Source of the DNA: Dimorphilus gyrociliatus
Taxonomy: Eukaryota > Animalia > Annelida
Assembly (NCBI GenBank): GCA_904063045.1
Contig: CAJFCJ010000002.1
Span: 4,211,891 to 4,275,890, forward strand
Reading direction: 5' to 3'
DNA: 64,000 nt
Shown here: positions 54,835-64,000 of the stretch, piece by piece
Layout: every line of letters begins with the position of its first letter
Position numbering within the stretch: position 1 is the stretch's first letter
Made by a program: the position numbers and the translations under genes
The notes under the pieces: model-generated
Told to the model about the DNA's origin: nothing
Databases searched by the model: none
What the model saw: only the letters and a program-made list of their open reading frames with translations

Positions 54835-56824
54835 TCACAAATGAGTTTGCTGAAGAGTAGTGCAGCGAGTGTCAATAAATAGCACCAAAATTCTATTTTT
54901 AGTAAATAAAAAAAAAGGAAATCATATAAATATTTACTTGAGAAAAAAAATATTTCTTATTATTTACCTATCCATGGCAACCTTTAATTCCATTGTTATA
55001 AATCTAGCGAATTTGGCAGCGGTCTCACGTTTAGTTTCTTCCGTTATTTGATCATCGTTGTGATGGAAAACAACATGTACCATTGGCGCTGTAGAACCTC
55101 CTCTCATCATCATACAATCAGGATGTACTTCAACCATAGTGAACTATTAGCATAATTAATAAATAAATCTTTAAATTTCCTTCTCTTAAATGAATATTTT
55201 AGTATAATGTTCAGTATATATTTCACAAATTCTATTACTTAAGTCCAATATCCATTTTTTCTACAATTGAACTCATTGTAAAAATACATGTATATGAATA
55301 TTCAAAAAAAAAAAAGATAATGTTAGAGAAGACAACCTATTTAGATAATCCATATCTCTAACCGAATAATCCATATTATATTAAAATTTCTTTCATTAAT
55401 CTATCTTTTTTTTTTAAGGTACTGCTGTCTTTGTTAGTTTCTTTTATAATTAAAATGAAAAATGATATATTAACGCAGGATATTTTCTAAATTAATATTT
55501 AAAGAGTCAAGCAGCTATTTCATTTTTTTAGAACAAAAACATTTTATTCTTCTTCTATTTATAAAGAGTTTGTATATTAATTATAATATTTAGAAATCCT
55601 AAAAGATTAGATTGACGTTTCTAAAGAAAGAGCCGACTAAAAAAATATAGAGCTAATTGAGAAGACTGATTACATTATTAGTAAACGTTGTCATTTCTTA
55701 TCAACATGTTTTAAGAAGAGTTAAATAATACATGATCTATGATGCTTGTTTGTTATTTGATGAGAATATGTCATGATCATTTTCTTAACTTTCTTTATCC
55801 TCAATCATATAATCATGTTATTCTCTTCGAGCTACGGTTAAAAAATTATCATGACGCATGTTACAAGAATATATGTTACTACATATACTCATAGCATATA
55901 ATGTATATTTATATTAATTTATGTATATATACAGTATACAGTATGTATAAACTGTATATATATACTGGTATATATCGAATGTATATCTTTATAAAGAACG
56001 TGTTCTATATTATATCAGTTCAAAATTAGGATTCAAATTGATAATTTTTGTGATAAGAATATGAATGAATTTAAAGAAAAATTTCCCAAGTTCATGACAT
56101 TTAGAGCATTCTCTTACATCTCTCTTTAAACTATATATAAATTACAAATATTTCGACGAAAGAATGAATAATGATAAATAATAATAAATTAGTTTTCTAC
56201 ATGAATTCAAAGGTAGATGAATTCTAAAGCATCTCCCTCTCTTCTCTCTTTCCTTTTATCTATTTTATACAAGTTTTGTTAATTTTTTGACAATTTCTTT
56301 TTATAGTAAATGCTTTTAGCATGCTTTTACTATTTATACTTAATTTTCGTAAAGGTAAACAGGTATTTTTCATGAAATATATCATGAGATTATTCACATC
56401 AGTCTTCTAGTTAAATAGGTTTATAGGCGTGAGAGTGCTAAATTTCTATTATCTTATCTAAAGCTTGTTCGAGATGAAAAGTATTGGCACAAGAATTTTA
56501 TAAAATAATCATGTCTGGTGTATTAATTAAGCTTTAAATTTCAATTAACTATCTACAATTCCATTTTAAAAGGTTTTCATTCTATATCTTAATAGAAATT
56601 CTTAGCTAGATAATCTAAACAAGCTCCCTAGACGATTTTAAATATTATGTACATAAATACAGTGAATTGATTTAATAAATGATGAAATACGCTTGATACC
56701 TCTAAAAATAATTTACCTTTTGCTCACAGCCCAAAGTCTTGACTGTAAAGTCTGTCAACTTCTCCATAAAGTCCTTAGGTATTCCACTCCTCGCTACATT
56801 CGTATTTACTACAGCCAAAGGCAT
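54835..56824 (-). CDS. MIF: Macrophage migration inhibitory factor / D-dopachrome tautomerase family protein; exons 56824-56717, 55143-54968, 54892-54835; 113 aa
   Basis: Spliced protein MPLAVVNTNVARSGIPKDFMEKLTDFTVKTLGCEQK|FTMVEVHPDCMMMRGGSTAP...VAMDR|ILVLFIDT aligns gaplessly to human MIF over the first ~60 residues. Intron 1 falls after codon 36 (phase 0) and intron 2 within the DR codons (phase 2), matching the human MIF layout as I recall it. Confidence 0.9.
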
Positions 56825-58187
56825 TTTTTCAACAAAATGGCTTCTCTCTAAGATTTCAATTAAAAGTGGACAGAAATCAACTGACGGATTCAACTGTAGA
56901 TAAGAGATTTAAACTTTGTACAAAGGCCTACTTAGACCTATTTCACTTTTGGCCTGAAAATGAACAAGTTTGAACAGATAAAACTTTTAATTTGAATCTT
57001 TAATAGATTATTAATGTAATTTTTTCTCTTCTTTCACCTTCTAATATCTATCGCAATAAAAAAATTATCATACATATCGATTAATATTACTAGAAATAAA
57101 AGAAATTGATAAAAACCGCCAACCAGATGGCACTTTTGGATGCTTTAATGGAAAATAAAAGTGAGAGAGAGAGAGAGAGAGAGGGGAAGTGTAAAGAGTA
57201 GTTTTAGCCTGTTTATACAGTAGACCCTCAAATATTTTAATCATGGAAATCAAATCCAATAGTATACTAAAACCAAAAAACCAAACTAAAAAAGCCACTA
57301 AATAAAGCAAATCGAAAATATATAAGTTTTAGTATCTTTAAATCAATTTTTTTTAAAAAAAAAAATAGACCCAAATAAAAGAAAAAGTAAAATAAGTTTT
57401 ATTTAGCATCCATTCCCTTATTTCTATCTATTTTTTATTAACTAATGCAATTTTTCTATAACCGATTCAAAAGTATATTTTACTATTTTTAAGATTGTAA
57501 ATAATAAAATATTTATTGTTATTTATATAGAATAATTATTTTGGCCTATAATTTAAATATAATGAAAAGGTAATGGGGGTTACTTCTTGTTTGTAATCGT
57601 CTAAGAAATACAAAGAAGTAATCGTGTTCTTTCATTATTTTAACAATTATTTATTATCGTTATTGCTATACAGTATAGTTATACTCTCTTTAATTAAATA
57701 TACAAATAATAGATACCCATTTGTTCATCCTCTTAAAGTATCTTATTCATAGTTTTTACATAATTATTAAGTTGATATTCATTTAACTGCCATCTATTGG
57801 ATATATCTTTTTATATTAATAATACTGCTTTATATTATAGTATACATTGTATAGAGACTATTTAATATCTAAAATAATACTTGTAAAGTTAATATAGTTG
57901 AATTAATAATACAAAAATGAAAAAAAGATCTTTCTTATATATTTTAGGAAAGAAAGTATTTTTTTTTCGCTTCGTTGGCACTCGAACATAATACTGAAAT
58001 ATACAGCAGAGGAAGAATACAAGGACTACGGTTTTTATCTTGTTTACTTTTGTAGTTTAGTGTTTTTTTTATATATATATATAAATTTTGTTGAGTTCTT
58101 CTATTGTATAGCATCCTTTTTTTGTCATTCATTGTTTCTTCATCTCCGATGATTATTCGTCAATATATAAAAATATCATGCATCCAA

Positions 58188-58844
58188 TTATTTAAGCGTA
58201 CAGCTCCAGTTAATTGGATTATATTTTAATAACTCTCTATCGTGTTCGTTTTCGAGACTTTTAATTCTTCGTCTATCGCTCCAGCTATCTTCCATCATCT
58301 AATAAATTAATAGTATTTTATATTGAATTATCAAAATGTTCTTTTTCTTTCTAAAGTAGATAAGTACCTTTTTATTTTCGGCCGTAAAGCCTTTTAAATA
58401 GACAAATTTTCTGTAAGCATCTCTGGCATCATCAGTTAAACATTGTCGATCGTATTTAACAGCATTTTCAGATTCTTCAATTTTTGAGTTTAAACCTTCT
58501 TTTACGTTTCTTTCTTTATCGGCCATTTGCTGTTTAAGAACATTCCTCACATACGACCTATAAGACTCCTTATCAGCATTTGAACCGTAATAATATCTCC
58601 CCCACGCATTGTGATATCGATGATGTTCTCTTCTTTGCATTAATTTTGCTCTTTGCTCATTATGATAATGAGGAATCATTGTTTCAAGGGCTACAGTCCT
58701 CCTTAAAGGTGGCATTGGTCTTAATGGATTTACTCTTGGCAATTGGATCTCAGGAGCAGTTTTCAGTGGCCTAGGATAAGTTTCATAGAGATGTGCGGAG
58801 GTTTTTGTTGCTGGCGCTAGTTTTGGAAGGGCACTTGACGCCAT
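58188..58844 (-). CDS. Uncharacterised ~195-aa basic/helical protein; coding exons 58844-58368, 58298-58188
   Basis: A long ORF with coding-like composition. A 69-nt phase-0 GT-AG intron leads to the terminal exon MMEDSWSDRRRIKSLENEHDRELLKYNPINWSCTLK*. A splice acceptor lies 8 nt before the ATG. Confidence 0.82.
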
Positions 58845-60381
58845 GATTGTCCTGGAGGAAAATAAATACACAAAGGATATATATATATATATATATTGCA
58901 TAAACCATACAGTAAATTGTGTATATTGTATAAGATTTCGTGGTTTTGTAATCCGAGTTCGAATTATAAAACTGTCGTTGTTACGGAATAAACCGATAAG
59001 AAATAAGTAGATATTCTCTTTTCTTTTAAATAATAAATACTAACTAAAGAGTAAAAAGTCAACTTCTTTATTAGGAATTTATGAAAAGGGAATGTAAACT
59101 GGAAACAATGCTAATGATGAAATCGATAAAGAGTTCCCAGTCTTTTTAACCGCTCGAAATTACATGTCAAAAACCTTAATTATTCTATACAATAGATTAT
59201 TGAACGCCGATATTGTATTTTATTCAAGTGCCTGCGAAATAATTGATTAATAAAATTTTTCATATGACCCACCTATTCACAAATAACGTGTTGTTTGTAA
59301 GAATGGTTTATACTATTACTAATAAAAAGACTTAATTATTTTAATTATAATTAATGAATGATTATACAAAAATGGTTTTCAATAAATATGCATAAGTTGT
59401 TTTCTTTTCTAGCAGACCTTTTCTTCTACAAGGACTCATATCGCCTTTCACCAGCCCTTTTAATACACACTTACCCTCCCGTTCCTCCAGTCGTTTCTAT
59501 AGGGTAATAACGTTGTTTTTTTAATAAGTATATCTTATTAAATATTCCTCAATGGACTGTACTTTGTAGACCTCATATGGAATAATTGATTATCGAAAAA
59601 TTCAAATATCTTTGTTGAATTATCTCAATTATAAGTAAGTATTTCAATGATTAAGTAGCGATAAATTCAGCTCGTATGCGGTAAAAATTTCTTATCATTG
59701 TAAAGAAAACAGATAATACTATCCATTAATTTTGAGTATTTTCAATAAAACAATGCAAATTTTTGACGGCTTCTACTGCAAGAAGACAAACACGAACAAT
59801 ACTATTAAAGTTGTTTATTTTCTGTGCAAACACAAGCTATTCAGCTGATCGGTACTGAGTAAATCTGTTCGATTGTAAGGGAATGTAGAGAACCTAGGCT
59901 GATAGTTCAAGTTTCGTGAATACTATACTTTAAAAAACACTTTTACAAGGGGATTATCGAAGGCATGATATGTTAATTGATTTTTAAATATGCTCTCATT
60001 TTAGAAAAGTATAAAAGTGCAAACATCCTTTTTTTAACTATAAACAAAGTATTACAAATTAAAGAGAGAGAGAAAAAGCTCGAATACTTAGAGACATAAC
60101 AATAAGAATAGATATAATTAAAGCAGTATGATAATACTAAAAAATATTACTAACTTTAATCTTACCTGTGCTAATATTATTACTGCTTTTGACGGCAACT
60201 ATTCCAATATAAAATATTTACAAACACTCTGATTTTCAAACAATTTTAGTAATAGTGAGAAAAACTAAATTTTGAGGCTAATTTCAAAAAGTCGATTAAC
60301 CTAAAAGATTTTTTCTTGCTTGAAAAACCAACGCTTAACGCACCAGAACGTTCTTTTCCGATTGCGATTGACGGTTGTCAA

Positions 60382-60395
60382 TGACGTCACGTGAC
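60382..60395. promoter_or_regulatory. Overlapping perfect CRE (TGACGTCA) and extended E-box/CLEAR palindrome (GTCACGTGAC)
   Basis: The sequence TGACGTCACGTGAC is seen directly. It lies just upstream (minus strand) of a putative non-coding exon ending at a CAG|GTAAG donor at 60166. Confidence 0.6.
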
Positions 60396-63300
60396 TGTCG
60401 TCAAAGAGACTACTCCTTAGGCTTACGGAACAATAATTAATCGAAATTTACGAAAACAGTACAAAATGGTCATATGAAAAAATATCGTAGTTAAGTAAAA
60501 ATAGACGTGATACCTCTAGCTTTTAGTTAAAAATTATCTACTTTTGTTTTATAATCTCAACTAACTTTTATCAATCAATACATTGCAATTCAAACTGTGA
60601 GAGATTCGGACAAATGGTGCTGCCATCTTGAGTATCAAATTCTTTTCTCAAAGGAACAATACGACAACGTCCCGAATTCCCAAATTAGCTTTAGAGGAGT
60701 TTAGGAAACAATTAAATGAAATAAAGTATTATTATTTGGTTGGTTTTTTGAGGGACAAGATAAAAAGCTTTGGAAAACATTTAATATGATTATCAATATA
60801 TATATATATTAGTATATATACATATATGTATATCTATATAAACATTTATTCAGTATTAAGAGCTAAATAAATGATTTTCCGCCTCCATTTTGTTAATATG
60901 TCATTATAGAAATGCTAAAAATAAAGAAAGTGATTTCTCATTTATATTTCCCGCTAAAAAACTAATAGGGGAACAAAAAAAGAAAAGAAATATTAACTTT
61001 TATCATCTCCTATCCTATGTTTCTTTTATCTTCGTCGGATGAATAATAAAGACTCACGTTGACGTGATCGTTCCACGAAAGAGTTAATGAACACTTGTTA
61101 ATAGTATTTCAGAGGTAATATATTAAAATATTAATAACATATTTTTTAAAAATATTCCTTTATATAAATTATAAAATATATTCTTTAAGTGTAGCGATTC
61201 AAATCATACGTTTTATTTATATTTCTGCAGAAAAAAACTGGTGGAATAAGCGTTAATTTCCCTCGATTTAAGGATAATTATATAAATATATATATATATA
61301 TATATTAACTTTGGCGCCATCTATTATCTTCTTAAAAACTTTGGAATGAATTAAAAATTTGATCAGGATATCATTAAATTATTATGAAGGCAAAGAAATT
61401 AACAAATTAAAGGAGCAAATATATAAATTCTATTCATTTCCTTCTAAAGGAGAAAAGCAACTTTTTTTCAATATTAAACTTAACTACTCGATACTCACGC
61501 TTTTCCCTTAGAATTAAAAGAGAGCTATTATATCATTAAATGAGAAAATAAAGAGGAAGCTACATATGTTAAACACCTCATCAATACATGTATTCTTGAT
61601 CAATTTCCGGTGTTATATAAATTTAATATCATATGTTGACTTTTTTACAAATCATCTCAATACTATGCCTTATAGACGTTTTAAAAGCTTTTCATATAGT
61701 CTTTGCACTGAGGGCAGATTCCTAAAAAGAAAAAATTTCCATTTATCTCTCTATTGAAATCGTCGAATGTAAATTCTTCTAATTCGATCAAACCCTCCTT
61801 GATATTACTATGACTAATTGATTAATTTGCACCTACTCCCCATTAATACTTGCCCTATTACGCAATAATACTAATAAACAATGGACCCGATATATTAACA
61901 ATCAAGATTAAGGAGGGAGGAAACGGGTGAAGTACTAAATACACATGTAGCTTACGTATATAGTATATATTTTTAATTAACCATGACAGAACATACTACA
62001 TATACAGTAAAGACAACAAAGAAATAGAGCTATGTCTATAAAAGTGCATATTAATGTAATATATACACCCATATACATATTCGATTGAGTAGAGAGGTCT
62101 TGAATACAGATACTATAAACGTTCGCCACTTAAATGAATATACATATTGGTTTTTATTTATCATTCAATAAACAAAAGATTACAAGCTTGAAGAAATTAA
62201 GATAAATTGAAAGGATACTTTTGCAAAACAATAGGAATATATAGAAATTGAATCTTGACGTTTTAACTAATCAAATATGCTGTTGTAAATGATTTTTTCT
62301 CAAAAATATAAATATATTATGAGTTGAAAAGAAGGAAAAGTTTTTAGTTGCATGATTAGTTTACAGAGACAAACGACAGATCGTTTAAAGCTACTATAGA
62401 ATGGATTATATTAATTTTTCTTGAAAATGAAAAATTCAAGAAAACGTCAGTCGCGCATAAAAACACCCTCGCTCCAGCAAAATACGTATTGTGTACACAA
62501 CAAGCCCCAACTTCTATTTGGCTCTATGCATAATAAATGCATTTTCCATGAATAATGAATGTTCTTAGGTTATCCAATTTCTGACAACGTATACTCGAAA
62601 AGTATTCCTATCTATAATTTATATTGCCTGAGGCCATTTTTCGGACGGTTCTTTGATGTTAATTAAAGCTGCATAAAAATAACAAAGACAATATCTAAAT
62701 ACAAATTTCTGCTACTTTAATTATAAACTTTGATAATAAAAAGTACTTTTCTGCGTTCAATAATCAAAATACAGTAATAGTCATCGAAATATTGAACACT
62801 TGAACTTGAATAATTTATGTAGCTTTTTAAAATATCAAATTTTTGAAATATGCTATAAAGTCATAAAATAATTATAAACTATCGATTCATATAAGATTTT
62901 TTCTTCTATTAGGAATTTTCCTAAACAGAGAAGATAGCGAAATGTACAAAGCAAAGTAGAGAGAATAATAGAAATCGTTCTTAGTGGGAAATTAAGAAGG
63001 GCGTGCAGCGAATAGCTTAAATAATCTACATTCATCAATATTTTATGAGCGTTTTATAAAGAATTCATCACTCGCGTATATTGGCGCCGGCTCTGCACCA
63101 GCTCTTTAATTACGCATGCATGCTATTCGTCTGTCACAGCTTTCATTGCTACAGTTAAGTGATTTTTTGTAAGTATTTATTTCTTTTGCTTTTTTAATAT
63201 TACTATTTTTAATTTATTCAATTTTTTTTTTACTTTTAATGTTTTCCTTTTCATTCGTCTTCCTATACTTTTCCGTCTGTTTGTCTGCCTGTCCCTCTTT

Positions 63301-63495
63301 CTGTCCCTCTGTCTCTCTATATCTATATAAATTTATATATATATATATATTGATATATTCATCTCTATTTCTTTATCTTATATAGACTGTATGTATGTAT
63401 AAATGAACTTTACTAATCTTTCATGATAATTAATTGACTTGATTCCTTATGTAACTCCTTATCGGCCTCTTCCAATCCCCCCTATTTATATCTCG

Positions 63496-63693
63496 CTATC
63501 TTTTTTTACTCTTGTAATTTCTTTTAAAATTATGAATAAAATGTCTTATAGTACTTTTTATTGAGATCTCGTCTCCAGTATTCAATAAAAATCGTTCAAA
63601 CTCAAAGTATGGAAAATTCGCATAGGAAATTAATAATCCCAATACAAACAAGGCATGCACATGAATAATTTTGTATGCAAAATTGTCCAAAGC
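63496..63693 (-). other. Possible terminal exon of a gene extending beyond the right edge
   Basis: A 64-codon open frame preceded by a plausible acceptor (acttacatAG). No recognisable homology. Confidence 0.2.
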
Positions 63694-64000
63694 TATGTAA
63701 GTGATTGTATTGAGAGAAATTACTCTTTATTCGATGAATTAGCGTAAATGAATTAGTACAAACAATTTTTCCATATTTAAAGTATCCTCCATTGAATATT
63801 CGAACTGTTTGTTAATAAGACATTTAAAGCATGTAGTAAAAAATTATTGTTGCATAAAAAAATAGGTTATAAGCCATTAATTATTCTTAGAATAAGCTAA
63901 TCTGTTATCTATTTAATATGATATTGAATAAATGAAATTTAAAAATATAGAACGAAGGTATGTTTCATACAAAATATATAAATTCTTATCAATTTATGCT

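Noticed and set aside
1-64000. tRNA, rRNA, snRNA, CRISPR arrays, transposase/RT ORFs or terminal inverted repeats; the many short I/Y/F-rich ORFs in the track
   Set aside because: I saw no B-box/cloverleaf, rRNA-like sequence, spaced direct repeats or mobile-element ORFs. The short ORFs derive from (TA)n runs, AT-rich DNA or the antisense strand of real exons.

Overview
Eukaryotic, very AT-rich, gene-dense animal DNA with mostly tiny introns (about 53-83 nt) plus a few long first introns. It resembles a compact bilaterian invertebrate genome such as the annelid Dimorphilus, but the species is an inference. I reconstructed 13 protein-coding genes by hand from the ORFs and GT/GC-AG splice sites. 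In order: a P5B-ATPase (ATP13A2/3-like, truncated at the left edge), an E2 ubiquitin-conjugating enzyme with a long tail, a BTG1/2-like gene, a cationic amino-acid transporter (SLC7), a KCC-like SLC12, a neuropeptide GPCR, a single-pass receptor with two truncated C-type-lectin-like modules, a coiled-coil orphan, a DHRS11-like SDR, a very divergent Dispatched-like RND protein, an ARHGAP18/28/40-like RhoGAP, a MIF/D-DT-like gene and an uncharacterised helical protein. I saw no rRNA, tRNA, CRISPR array or recognisable transposon. The most interesting observations are these: a Dispatched paralogue that appears to have lost its ion-coupling aspartates; the half-lectin Tyr-motif receptor; a MIF and a KCC with altered functional residues; a recurring CTCF-like motif 5' of most genes; a start-stop element overlapping the RhoGAP ATG; and several splicing oddities in the P5B-ATPase. 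No finding amounts to a proven new system; all are hypotheses.
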